The notes under the pieces were generated by a model. The model did no database searches and was not told the DNA's origin. It saw only the letters and a program-made list of their open reading frames with translations. From contig CAJLKD010000006.1 of assembly GCA_905207115.1 (NCBI GenBank), forward strand, positions 29-64,028: 64,000 bases of DNA. Direction: 5' to 3'. Of this stretch, positions 1 to 10,632 are shown piece by piece; position 1 is the stretch's first letter, and every line of letters begins with the position of its first letter. This DNA comes from Bifidobacterium angulatum. Lineage in GTDB: Bacteria > Actinomycetota > Actinomycetes > Actinomycetales > Bifidobacteriaceae. The position numbers and the translations under genes are program-made.

Positions 1-522
1 GCCGAACAGACCGATCTTGCCGCCCTGTACGTACGGGGTGAGCAGATCGATGACCTTCACACCGGTTTCGAACATCTGGGTCTTGGACTCCAGCTGGTCG
101 AATGCCGGCGGATTGCGGTGGATAGGCCAACGTTCGGTGATGGTAATGGTCTCGTCCGGCTTCTTGTTGAGGATGTTGCCGGACACGTCGAAGACATGGC
201 CCTTGGTCACGTCGCCGACCGGCACGGAGATCGGCTTGCCGGTATCGTGCACTGCGGCACCACGGACAAGACCGTCGGTCGGCTTCAGGGCGACTGCACG
301 AATGGTGGAATCGCCGAGGTGCTGCTCGACTTCCAGCGGAATCGTGTGGCTGCCGCCTTCGCCTTCCTCCTTGGTGCCCATGTCGGACAGCTCAACGGTC
401 AACGCGTTGTAGATGTCGGGCAGATGGCCAACCGGGAATTCAACATCGATAACCGAACCCTGGATACGCGTAACGCGTCCGGCGATCGGCTCAGTAGCTT
501 CTGCAGTCTGGTTCTCAGCCAT
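1..522 (-). CDS. atpD: F0F1 ATP synthase beta subunit (5' part, runs off window)
   Basis: ATG at 522 reads [30 protein letters not shown]... and reaches GGKIGLFG at the window edge; follows atpG. Confidence 0.95.
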   Translation of the reverse strand, partial: MAENQTAEATEPIAGRVTRIQGSVIDVEFPVGHLPDIYNALTVELSDMGTKEEGEGGSHTIPLEVEQHLGDSTIRAVALKPTDGLVRGAAVHDTGKPISVPVGDVTKGHVFDVSGNILNKKPDETITITERWPIHRNPPAFDQLESKTQMFETGVKVIDLLTPYVQGGKIGLFG

Positions 523-530
523 ATGCGTTC

Positions 531-1439
531 CTACTCTTCCTTCTTATTCAGCGCGTCGGCGCTGCCGATGATTTCGGTAAGTTCCTGGGTAATCGAAGCC
601 TGGCGGGAAGCGTTGAGCTTACGCGTCAGATCGTCGATCAGGCTGCGGGCGTTTTCGGTCGCCGTGTGCATGGCATTCTGTCGGTTTGCCGTCTCGGATG
701 CGGCTGCGGTAAGCAGGCATTCGTGGATGCGCGACTGAATGTACTTCGGCAGAATCGCGTCCAGCACTTCGTCCACGCTCGGTTCGAACGAATACAGCGG
801 GCTGGCTTCGGCGTTCAGGTCGTTGTTGACCTTGCTCGGATCAGCAACAACCTCGACCGGCAGCATGCGCAGCACGCGCACCTTCTGCACCACCATGTTG
901 ACGAATTCGGTGAAGACGATGTAGAGCTCGGAAACCCCGCCCTCCTCATCAGGCTTCATATACGCGTCGATCAGTGCGTTCGAGATCGCTTCGGCGACTT
1001 CAACGCCGGGCTTGTCGGTATTGCCTTCCCACGTACCTGCAATATCGCGATTGCGATACTTGTAGTACGACACTCCGCGACGACCATACACGTACAGTTC
1101 CGTCTGCTTGCCCTGCTCATCGAGGCGGGCCAGCAGTGATTCCGTTTCGCGGATGATCGAGGAGGTGTAGGCACCTGCCATACCACGATCCGAGGTGAGG
1201 GCGAGAACGGCCACTCGAGTGCCGTTCTCGCGTTTCTTCACAATCGGATGATCGATATGGGTATGCTGTACCAGAGCTTGCACGGCGTCGGAAATCGCAT
1301 CGCTATACGGCTTCGCGTTCAAGGCGACATCACGCGCCTTGGCGATGTGCGAAGACGCGATCATCTCCTGCGCGTTGAAGATCTTCTCCAACGAGCTGGT
1401 GGAGGCGATCCTAGATTTCAATGCGAGTTGCGAGCCCAT
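531..1439 (-). CDS. atpG: ATP synthase gamma subunit
   Basis: LTSDRGMAG and [12 protein letters not shown] motifs; operon position. Confidence 0.97.
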   Translation of the reverse strand: MGSQLALKSRIASTSSLEKIFNAQEMIASSHIAKARDVALNAKPYSDAISDAVQALVQHTHIDHPIVKKRENGTRVAVLALTSDRGMAGAYTSSIIRETESLLARLDEQGKQTELYVYGRRGVSYYKYRNRDIAGTWEGNTDKPGVEVAEAISNALIDAYMKPDEEGGVSELYIVFTEFVNMVVQKVRVLRMLPVEVVADPSKVNNDLNAEASPLYSFEPSVDEVLDAILPKYIQSRIHECLLTAAASETANRQNAMHTATENARSLIDDLTRKLNASRQASITQELTEIIGSADALNKKEE

Positions 1440-1442
1440 GGA

Positions 1443-3071
<1,629 letters not shown>

Positions 3072-3124
3072 GATCTCTCCTTTATTGTTGTGTAAAAATC
3101 TGTTTGTTCAGCGTTTCCGGCCGT

Positions 3125-3952
3125 TCAGGATACGGCTTTTACGCTGCGCTGCAAGTTCTCCAGCTGCGCCACCACGGTGTTATCCGTGACTTCGTCGCCC
3201 ACCTGTACGCGCATGCCGCCAAGCACGGACGGGTCGACCACGGAATTGATGTGGACCGCACGCCCGATCTTCTTGGAATACACTGCGATGAGCTTGTCGA
3301 TCTGTTCCTGCTTCAGCGGCGTGGCCGTAGTCACGATGACCATCGACTCGCCCATATGACGGGAAAGCTTGTTGATCAGCCACTGAATGGTTTCCAGGTA
3401 ACGACGCCTGCGCAGATTCTCCGTGGCGTGTTCGGCCAGACGCATCGTGACCTTGTTCAGCCCTTTGCCGTCGAACAGTTCATGGAAGAACTTGACTCGG
3501 GCCTCGCTGGGCACGGTCTCGTCGTAGAGCTTGGCGCGCACCACCGGCGTATTCAGCAGCGCGGAGTGCAGCTCGGCCAGTTCGATGGACACCTGCAGCG
3601 TGCTGTCGGTGGCGTCCGCGTAATACATCATGGCGTCTACGCCAAAGTCCTCGACCGCATTCGCGATGTCGGCGGCGCGACTCCAACGGCGCTTGACGAC
3701 CTCGGTCATGATCTCCATCGTCATCGGATGCACCTGATCGCCCAACAGGGTGTTCAGAACCGCAACCTTGTCTTCAAGGGGTCGTGACACATCGGTCAGC
3801 GCACGCTCGATGCGAACGTTACCGTCGAGCAGCGAGGTGATGACGAACAGCTCATTGCCGATGCGCCATGCATCCTCACGGGTATCACGCAGCTTGGATG
3901 CCAGCAAATCACGCGATTCGCGATCCGCAATACGAGATGCTTCTCCTCGCAT
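3125..3952 (-). CDS. atpH: ATP synthase delta subunit (long actinobacterial form)
   Basis: C-terminal VDPSVLGGMRVQVGDEV; between atpF and atpA. Confidence 0.93.
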   Translation of the reverse strand: MRGEASRIADRESRDLLASKLRDTREDAWRIGNELFVITSLLDGNVRIERALTDVSRPLEDKVAVLNTLLGDQVHPMTMEIMTEVVKRRWSRAADIANAVEDFGVDAMMYYADATDSTLQVSIELAELHSALLNTPVVRAKLYDETVPSEARVKFFHELFDGKGLNKVTMRLAEHATENLRRRRYLETIQWLINKLSRHMGESMVIVTTATPLKQEQIDKLIAVYSKKIGRAVHINSVVDPSVLGGMRVQVGDEVTDNTVVAQLENLQRSVKAVS

Positions 3953-3982
3953 GATGTCACCTGCCTTTCTCTCTGCCTGATA

Positions 3983-4507
3983 TCACTGCTTGTCCGAATC
4001 CATGCTGTCGATCATCTGATCGATCATGGAGGACTGCACCTTCTCGTCCTGCAGCTCACTGCCCAGGATCTTGCCTGCCAGAGCCGTTGCCAGAGCACCG
4101 ACCTCGCCCTTCAGCGAGACCAGAGCCTGCTGCTGCTGCGATGCGATGGCACGCTGAGCGCTAGCGGTGATCTGGTTGGCATCCGCTTCCGCACGGGAAC
4201 GCGCATCGGCAACGATGTGCGATGCCTCGGTACGTGCATCATCACGGATCTTGGAAGCCTCGACGCGTGCGTTGCTCAGCTGAGCCTCGTACTTGGCCTT
4301 GGCTGCATCGGCATCCTTCTGGGCCTGCTCGGCCTTGGCGATGCCGCCTTCGATCTTCGCGGCACGTTCATCGAACACGGCCTGGAACTTAGGCAGGAAG
4401 AACTTGTAGAAGAACAGGGCGACGATGACGAGAATGACGGCCGACCAGACGATGTCGTACATCTTCGGGACGAACAGCATGATTCCACTTTCAGCCAATG
4501 TCTCCAT
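3983..4507 (-). CDS. atpF: ATP synthase subunit b
   Basis: N-terminal TM helix followed by Ala-rich coiled coil; operon position. Confidence 0.95.
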   Translation of the reverse strand: METLAESGIMLFVPKMYDIVWSAVILVIVALFFYKFFLPKFQAVFDERAAKIEGGIAKAEQAQKDADAAKAKYEAQLSNARVEASKIRDDARTEASHIVADARSRAEADANQITASAQRAIASQQQQALVSLKGEVGALATALAGKILGSELQDEKVQSSMIDQMIDSMDSDKQ

Positions 4508-4553
4508 ATCCGCCTCCTTTCACTTCGTTCGTTGTATTACCGGTTCCTTGAGA

Positions 4554-4844
<291 letters not shown>

Positions 4845-5648
4845 TCAGTCCTCGGGATAGCTGAGGTTGATGTACACGGTGGACAACGTGGCGAAGATGA
4901 ACGCTTGCAGATATGCCACGAAGCCTTCGAACAACGTCATGATGAAGCCGAACAGGAAGGTTGCCGCGCCGAATGCGGCCATCCAGTTGTGCGCTTCGAT
5001 CAGGAAGAACTGTGTTGCGGAAAAGCACAACGCCACGATGATGTGGCCGGCAAGCATGTTGGCGAAGAGTCGGACCGTCAGGGAGACCGGGCGGATGACG
5101 ACGACGTCAAGCAGCTGGATCGGGATTGCGATGATCAGCACCGGTGCCGGAACGCCCTGGGGGATGCATTCCTTCTTCAGGTAGGTGAAGAAGCCCTGCT
5201 CACGGCAGGCGGTGCGCCAATACTGCACGAAGGTCCACAACGCGAACGCCAACGGCATCATGATCGTCGCGGTGGCGGCGATGTTCATGCCCGGGATAAT
5301 GCCGCAGATGTTGAACAGCAGAATCGTGAAGAACAACGTGGTGATCATCGGGACGTAACGCTTGCCTCGCGTCTCGCCCATTACTTCGTACACGATCTTG
5401 TCGCGCACATATTCAATGCCCCACTCGATGAATCCCTGCCAACGACCGGGGATGAGCTTCGCTTTTGCGGCACTCACGCCAAGTACGATCAGCATGATGA
5501 CCGTCATAATCACACGCACCAGAATGATGCGGTTCATGGCGAACGGGGTACCTTGGAAGAGAATCTCCGGGGGAAGGAATTCATCGACGGAGGGGATCTC
5601 CGGCCCGCTCGCAGCAAGTGTGAGCCCGGACAAAAGTGTCTCGTGCAT
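4845..5648 (-). CDS. atpB: ATP synthase subunit a
   Basis: RPVSLTVRLFANMLAGH and LQAFIFATLS motifs. Confidence 0.96.
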   Translation of the reverse strand: MHETLLSGLTLAASGPEIPSVDEFLPPEILFQGTPFAMNRIILVRVIMTVIMLIVLGVSAAKAKLIPGRWQGFIEWGIEYVRDKIVYEVMGETRGKRYVPMITTLFFTILLFNICGIIPGMNIAATATIMMPLAFALWTFVQYWRTACREQGFFTYLKKECIPQGVPAPVLIIAIPIQLLDVVVIRPVSLTVRLFANMLAGHIIVALCFSATQFFLIEAHNWMAAFGAATFLFGFIMTLFEGFVAYLQAFIFATLSTVYINLSYPED

Positions 5649-6179
5649 TCTCGCGCCTCCTACTTCTTCATGTCTGCTGCCAGTCTATCCCTAAACAACC
5701 GGTAAATGTGACCTCCCGGTAACATCTCCGTCCATCTCGGTTTGGGCTCGCAGGCTCATGTCGGCGGGGCGCAAATCGAGGGGCTGAACTGCCGCATCGG
5801 CATTCAATCTCGAATGGCTAGGTGAAGATTATTCGCCGCCTTCTAGACGAACGCAACAACGACAACCGCAAACCGCAGTTTTGTGCGGATTCGTTCGGCG
5901 TTTCGACACGAGGGAAAATACAGCGGATTGACAATCCCATATTCCGTGTTAGCCTTAACAAGCTTGACGTGACAACGTTTTCTATCACATTTCGCTGCCG
6001 ACCGAAATGTCCACTATGTGTCCGCATGAAGAAATTTCCGTCTTGAAATGTGGACTCAAACATAATCAATATGCGGGCTTCACCGGGAATCAGCGTACAG
6101 GGGCGCACAACAACTATGCGGCAACCGCCTCATCAACGACTGCCGCATATTCGCCAAACAATGCATGCACTTTGAAGCG

Positions 6180-7217
6180 TCACCTTGAGGAAATCACACC
6201 ATACCCATCGGTAAGGAACGGAGCGAAATCGTCGGAACGCGGGCCGGCCGGTTCATGGCGAATGGACCTATCCGTACCCAACCGCTTATGGGCCCTCAGC
6301 TCCGGCACCTCCGTCAGATCGTACGGCGTGGTCTGATACACCCAATTCAGCCAGTTGCGCCACAGCAGATTCGCATGCGCGCGCCAGGCGAACAACGGCT
6401 CGAGCTTCGGATCGTCATGGGGGAAGTAGTTCTTCGGGAACGGCACGTTGGTCATACCCTTGGCCATGTCACGCTCATATTCCTCGGCAAGCGTCATCTT
6501 GCCGTATTCCCAATGCCCCAATGCGAATACCTCGGAAAAATCACGCGTGGCGATCAGCCCCGGACCCGATTCCGGCCCCCACGTCAGAATCTGCAGATCG
6601 GGATTGGCACGCACATCGCCTTCATCCACGCCCGCAAGACGGGAATGCGGTTGCAATGCGATCTCGTCGAACCCATTGGTCAGGAAGCAATACTCGTCCT
6701 GCAGGTACTGGGGGAACACACCGAAGATCTTCTCGGGCAGATCCACCTTATGCACGCCATACCGCTGGTACAGCGCACCCATCGCGCCCCAGCACAGGTA
6801 CATGGTGGAAAACACGTGCGTGGACGCCCAATCGAGAATCCGCTGGAACTCCTCCCAGTAATCGACCTGCTCGAACGGCATATGCTCCACCGGGGCGCCC
6901 GTCACCACAAAACCGTCGTAATAGTTGTCCTTCAACGCGTCAAGCGTCTCGTAGAACTTCACCAGATGATCGGCAGACACATGCGTCGCCTCGTGGGTGG
7001 AGGTCTTCATGAAGTCGATCTCCACCTGCAACGGGCTCTTGGAGATGAGCCTGAGCAGCTGTGTCTCGGTCTCGATCTTCTTCGGCATAAGATTCAGGAT
7101 CACCAGTTTGAGCGGACGAACGCGCTGACACTCCGCTTCAGGTTTTTCCAGAGCGAAGATACGCTCAGAATCGAGGATGGCTCTGGCCGGAAGGCCACTG
7201 GGGATCTTGATAGGCAT
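6180..7217 (-). CDS. metA: homoserine O-acyltransferase (MetA family)
   Basis: MPIKIP start, ILNLMPKKIETETQ, LCWGA catalytic Cys, W-R-A-H-A-N-LL-W-R-NWLN. Confidence 0.95.
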   Translation of the reverse strand: MPIKIPSGLPARAILDSERIFALEKPEAECQRVRPLKLVILNLMPKKIETETQLLRLISKSPLQVEIDFMKTSTHEATHVSADHLVKFYETLDALKDNYYDGFVVTGAPVEHMPFEQVDYWEEFQRILDWASTHVFSTMYLCWGAMGALYQRYGVHKVDLPEKIFGVFPQYLQDEYCFLTNGFDEIALQPHSRLAGVDEGDVRANPDLQILTWGPESGPGLIATRDFSEVFALGHWEYGKMTLAEEYERDMAKGMTNVPFPKNYFPHDDPKLEPLFAWRAHANLLWRNWLNWVYQTTPYDLTEVPELRAHKRLGTDRSIRHEPAGPRSDDFAPFLTDGYGVISSR

Positions 7218-7265
7218 GGTTCTTATTATGCAGCGCAAGCGGCCAATTCCCCCCGATGATATTCA

Positions 7266-7307
7266 CGACACGCCGATAGTTGACATATTTTATGTATCGC
7301 TTATGGT
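7266..7307 (+). promoter_or_regulatory. tRNA-Met promoter
   Basis: CGACACGCCG (7266-7275), TTGACA (7280-7285), TATGGT (7302-7307). Confidence 0.7.
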
Positions 7308-7335
7308 TGATTGAGCTGTCAAAAAGACAAGCCGT

Positions 7336-7412
7336 CGCGGGGTGGAGCAGCTCGGTAGCTCGCTGGGCTCATAACCCAGAGGTCCATGGTTCAAATCCAT
7401 GCCCCGCTACCA
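7336..7412 (+). tRNA. initiator tRNA-Met (CAT)
   Basis: Cloverleaf CGCGGGG...CCCCGCTACCA; anticodon stem CTGGG/CCCAG with three G-C pairs; CAT at 7370-7372; encoded CCA. Confidence 0.97.
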
Positions 7413-7653
7413 ACGCCTCGGGCTTCACATGAAAGAAGTCCGAGGCTTTTTCTATATCTTCAAGGCTCCATGCCACTCGCCTAGTCATCTTCTGTGAAAT
7501 CGAAGACCTATCGACGCCAAGAGCGTTCGCCAGATCCTTCTGTTTGACATTGCGAAGAGTCATGGCCACTTTCATATTTCGCGTGACTATATCCTGCAAA
7601 CTGACAGATTCGGCCTGAGCTGCGACCTTAGGGCTGATTGTTGCTGTTGTCAT
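7369..7653 (-). CDS. phage immunity repressor, XRE-family HTH; C-terminus encoded across the att core
   Basis: VKQKDLANALGVDRSSISQKM HTH; divergent from cro-like gene; stop TGA lies in the tRNA anticodon loop (7371-7369); start chosen at ATG 7653. Confidence 0.85.
   Translation of the reverse strand: MTTATISPKVAAQAESVSLQDIVTRNMKVAMTLRNVKQKDLANALGVDRSSISQKMTRRVAWSLEDIEKASDFFHVKPEALVAGHGFEPWTSGL
7375..7413 (+). repeat. attL core (3' half of tRNA-Met)
   Basis: CCCAGAGGTCCATGGTTCAAATCCATGCCCCGCTACCAA, 38/39 identical to 24208-24246. Confidence 0.93.
7415..7451 (+). terminator. phage-supplied intrinsic terminator for tRNA-Met, inside the repressor coding region
   Basis: GCCTCGGGCTTC / GAAGTCCGAGGC stem (one G-U) followed by TTTTT. 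Confidence 0.8.
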
Positions 7654-7712
7654 AGCACATAAGTTTAGCGAAACTAACAAAAAGATAGAACGCGACACGC
7701 CGAACGAGCATG

Positions 7713-7734
7713 TCTAACCATATTCGTGGTTAGA
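7713..7734. promoter_or_regulatory. candidate repressor/Cro operator
   Basis: Perfect inverted repeat TCTAACCA-N6-TGGTTAGA between the divergent HTH genes, immediately before the cro start. Confidence 0.6.
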
Positions 7735-7735
7735 T

Positions 7736-7978
7736 GTGAGTGTGACAAACATTTTAGTAGATTCGCCCACCGTAGGTGAAAAGGTCAAACGTCTTATGGG
7801 GCTCAATGGCCTGACACAGGCAGAAGTCGCCGAAACATTGCGCTGCTCACGGTCCACTGTCTCGCAGAAATGCACTGGCCGAATCGCTTTCAGTGCGAAT
7901 GAGATAAACGAGCTTGCCGAACTCTTGCATGTCAGCGCCGATGTGCTCCTTGGGCGAGCTCCGTTGGAGGTGAAGTGA
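7736..7978 (+). CDS. Cro-like XRE HTH protein
   Basis: GLTQAEVAETLRCSRSTVSQK HTH; first gene of the rightward operon. Confidence 0.85.
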   Translation: MSVTNILVDSPTVGEKVKRLMGLNGLTQAEVAETLRCSRSTVSQKCTGRIAFSANEINELAELLHVSADVLLGRAPLEVK

Positions 7979-8052
7979 TGGATTGGCATCTTGTTTTGTC
8001 TATTACGGCTCTGGTTTGTTCCATTCTGGTTTCGATTTACGCGTCACGGTGA
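7978..8052 (+). CDS. 24-aa hydrophobic peptide MDWHLVLSITALVCSILVSIYASR
   Basis: ATG overlaps the cro stop (TGATG), preceded by GGAGGTG; not in ORF track. Confidence 0.5.
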   Translation: MDWHLVLSITALVCSILVSIYASR

Positions 8053-8053
8053 T

Positions 8054-8665
8054 TCAGATGGTTGGTTGCGGTGATTTTCTGGCGTCTTCGGGATTGTGGT
8101 GGAACCTTCGGTGTGCGCTCCATGCGCGGAATCGTTCGGCCAGTCTGTGCGATGCCTTCCAGTCCTTTTCCTCCCACCATTTGTCGGCGAGTTCCGAAGT
8201 GAAGGGTATTTCTTCGTATCCGCAGCGCCGCAGTCTTGTGGGTGATTTGGTCCAGTGGATGCAGATTCTGGCATCCTCGGGTATGGCATCCGCGCCTTCG
8301 GGCGGCCAGATGGCTATTTTCACGTCATCGCCGTCTTCGTTGGATATGCGCGGGACCATCGTCCGTTCTCCGATTTTCCAGTTACCGTTTGAGAGTTTTT
8401 CCCATGCATATGCGCGGATTATGCAGTTGTGGCCGAACACGCGGACATCGAAAGCGTCCCCATCGCCGTCGTTGGCAATCATGGCCTTCCTGACTGGCAA
8501 GCGGCCGTGTTCGTCAGTCAGTGATGGCGTCGCGTTGGGCAGGCGAGTGACGATGTACGAGTTCATCCATGACGCCTCTGGTCTATGTCGAACCGTTCTA
8601 CCGAAGGTTATGGCCGTCCAGGCCAGCGAGATGGCGGCGATTATGTCGCTGAAGTCCAGGTGCAT
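8054..8665 (-). CDS. accessory phage protein with N-terminal TM helix (moron-like)
   Basis: 203 aa, strong SD GAAGGAAGGA, opposite strand to the early operon. Confidence 0.75.
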   Translation of the reverse strand: MHLDFSDIIAAISLAWTAITFGRTVRHRPEASWMNSYIVTRLPNATPSLTDEHGRLPVRKAMIANDGDGDAFDVRVFGHNCIIRAYAWEKLSNGNWKIGERTMVPRISNEDGDDVKIAIWPPEGADAIPEDARICIHWTKSPTRLRRCGYEEIPFTSELADKWWEEKDWKASHRLAERFRAWSAHRRFHHNPEDARKSPQPTI

Positions 8666-8773
8666 ATATTCTTCCTTCCTTCGTTCGTTGAGAGGTTTGG
8701 TTTGTGCGATTACAAGCCTATCGCGGCGAAGGAAGGAGCCTAACCATCCACCTAGGAATCAAGGAGCTGTGAA

Positions 8774-9010
8774 ATGAGCGTTTTCAATCCGGAATGCACT
8801 AGCAATTACTTCCATGTGCAGGACATCGACCCGTCGGAATGCGCTGGCGGCAATCCCTACGCCTTCAAGTGCCGCATCAGGGTGGCCGGAAGCACGTTCG
8901 GGTTTGATGGCTTGGACATGGGCGACCTTCAGGCGATGAAGGGCGCGATCAACAAGGCGATGACGCACGCGAGGCGTGCCCGTCGTGAATGGGAAGGAGC
9001 CCAGCAATGA
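8774..9010 (+). CDS. hypothetical phage protein
   Basis: 78 aa with AAGGAG SD. Confidence 0.7.
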   Translation: MSVFNPECTSNYFHVQDIDPSECAGGNPYAFKCRIRVAGSTFGFDGLDMGDLQAMKGAINKAMTHARRARREWEGAQQ

Positions 9011-9159
9011 GTGTCACAGTCAAGCGAGTGGACGGTAAACGGCATTGCTTCTTCGAGCTGATCGTTGAGACGGAGGACGGCATGACGGTGCGTGTCCCGT
9101 TCAACGGCGTCGAGCTTGAGGACCTGGAAAAGCAGATAGCGCGATGCTTCGAGCAGTGA
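9007..9159 (+). CDS. hypothetical phage protein, 50 aa (MSVTVKRVDGKRHCFFEL...)
   Basis: ATGA overlap with upstream gene, GAAGGAG SD; manually translated. Confidence 0.65.
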   Translation: MSVTVKRVDGKRHCFFELIVETEDGMTVRVPFNGVELEDLEKQIARCFEQ

Positions 9160-9272
9160 GGCGTTTCGTCCAGACCGTTCTTCTGATTCTGCTCAGCCCC
9201 TTCGTGCTGTTCATGTTGGGGCTGGTGCTCGCGATCGTCCGTCTGGGTGATTTCCTCACCGACGACGACTGA
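9156..9272 (+). CDS. small membrane protein, 38 aa
   Basis: GTGA overlap; RRFVQTVLLILLSPFVLFMLGLVLAIVRLGDFLTDDD has one TM helix. Confidence 0.55.
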   Translation: MRRFVQTVLLILLSPFVLFMLGLVLAIVRLGDFLTDDD

Positions 9273-9282
9273 CAAAACCGAA

Positions 9283-9600
9283 TGGCATATGGGGCGTATG
9301 GCGTACCCCTGCCACCGCTGAGCCGGGTTAGCGACCGGCGACGCCACGCGCGTGGCTGCCGCGCGATTCACGAGACGAAGTTCAGCTCCCGACCATTTCA
9401 GGCCGTCGATTAAGGCGGAATCGGGCGACCATTGACGGCTTCGGCCGTGGCCTGACTTGGGACCATTCCCGGCGGCTCCGGCCGCTCTTGTTATCGACGG
9501 CGCGGCTCCGACCGAAACGTTCTGCAGGACCTTTGGAATCTGTTGCCCGGCTCGGCCGAAAATCTCGGCCGAGCATTTTCATCAGCAGATTCTAGGTCTT
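9283..9600 (+). ncRNA. candidate structured RNA or replication origin
   Basis: Gap in a tightly packed operon with many stems, a cUUCGg loop, G-U pairs and repeated motifs. Confidence 0.45.
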
Positions 9601-9646
9601 GACCTCTCAAGCGCTCACCAACCGAAAGCTACAGAAAGGATTGAGA

Positions 9647-9934
9647 TTGAGCAAGGCAACATTCCCCGACAAACTGAGGACGCAGATGAGGATGGCTCTC
9701 CCGATGATCGACAAGAACATCAGGTGCAGGGCGAACACCTCACGACAGTCGTTGATGAAGGCGTCCGGATTGAACGACAACCAGCTCCAGGCCGCTCTGA
9801 AAATGGCCTACGGAGAGAAGGGCGTGCCGGCTCCCGTCTACCGTTCTCCCGCCGCCGGCAAGATGTACGATTCCGAGTCTCTGCTGTTGACGCTGGCCAA
9901 ATGGTGCGGGATGTGGGCCTATGTCATCGATTAA
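9647..9934 (+). CDS. hypothetical phage protein
   Basis: In-frame TTG after AGAAAGGA SD; overlaps next gene. Confidence 0.65.
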   Translation: MSKATFPDKLRTQMRMALPMIDKNIRCRANTSRQSLMKASGLNDNQLQAALKMAYGEKGVPAPVYRSPAAGKMYDSESLLLTLAKWCGMWAYVID

Positions 9935-10247
9935 GCCGTCATTGCACGAGGTGCTGTCCTATTCGGAGGAATCGCGCAGAATGCTCATGCAGGGCTTCGC
10001 CGACGCTGTGGACCGCGTCGCGGCGAACAACCGGAGAACCGACATCGAACTGTTCCAGGTCTGCAAGGCGCTGGGCGAGCCGAACGTGCCGACCCTGCTC
10101 AGTCTCCGAGAAGAGGGACTGCCGGCGTACAAGGCCGGAGCGTGGCGCATCGACTGCCGCAGCTTCCGCAAATGGGCCACCAGCTACACGCCATACCGGC
10201 CGCAGACGAAACCACAAACCACATATGAAGGTGAGCCACTGTTTTGA
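9921..10247 (+). CDS. putative DNA-binding protein (excisionase/MerR-like winged HTH)
   Basis: GLPAYKAGAWRIDCRSFRKW resembles an Xis-type wing. Confidence 0.6.
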   Translation: MSSIKPSLHEVLSYSEESRRMLMQGFADAVDRVAANNRRTDIELFQVCKALGEPNVPTLLSLREEGLPAYKAGAWRIDCRSFRKWATSYTPYRPQTKPQTTYEGEPLF

Positions 10248-10441
10248 AACCGCATATTCGCATCTCGCTCGACGTCGAGGACCACGACCCGCAGCCCGGC
10301 GACGTGGAGATAGGACAGAACATCATCTGCCCGGACGGGCCGCGCATGGTCTGGTCGGACATCTCGAAGGCGGACTGGCCGCTGCTCGCCGCGAAGCTGG
10401 AACAGATCGCGCTGCTGCTCAGGGACAAGGCCAGGGCATGA
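10244..10441 (+). CDS. hypothetical phage protein
   Basis: 65 aa, 4-bp overlaps on both sides. Confidence 0.6.
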   Translation: MKPHIRISLDVEDHDPQPGDVEIGQNIICPDGPRMVWSDISKADWPLLAAKLEQIALLLRDKARA

Positions 10442-10632
10442 CGCGCATCAGCATGCTGACCACGGCCGAGGCCGCAGCACGATTGGATGTCAGCCAGCGC
10501 ACGCTGATCCGCTGGCGTCAGTCCGTCCCGATCATCGGACCGCCGCCCATCCGCATCGGCAACGGCATCCGATACGCCGAGGCGGACGTGAACAGTTGGA
10601 TACTCACCCAACGCGAGAAAGGAAAATCATGA
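10438..10632 (+). CDS. AlpA/excisionase-like HTH protein, 64 aa
   Basis: MLTTAEAAARLDVSQRTLIRWR...PPPIRIGNGIRYAEADVNSWI. Confidence 0.8.
   Translation: MTRISMLTTAEAAARLDVSQRTLIRWRQSVPIIGPPPIRIGNGIRYAEADVNSWILTQREKGKS

Noticed and set aside
9457..10632. 391-aa ORF, and the extended N-termini of 18802-21273, 20808-21893 and 15536-16276
   Set aside because: Only the C-terminal parts have SD or overlap-supported starts and protein-like sequence; the upstream parts overlap other real genes.
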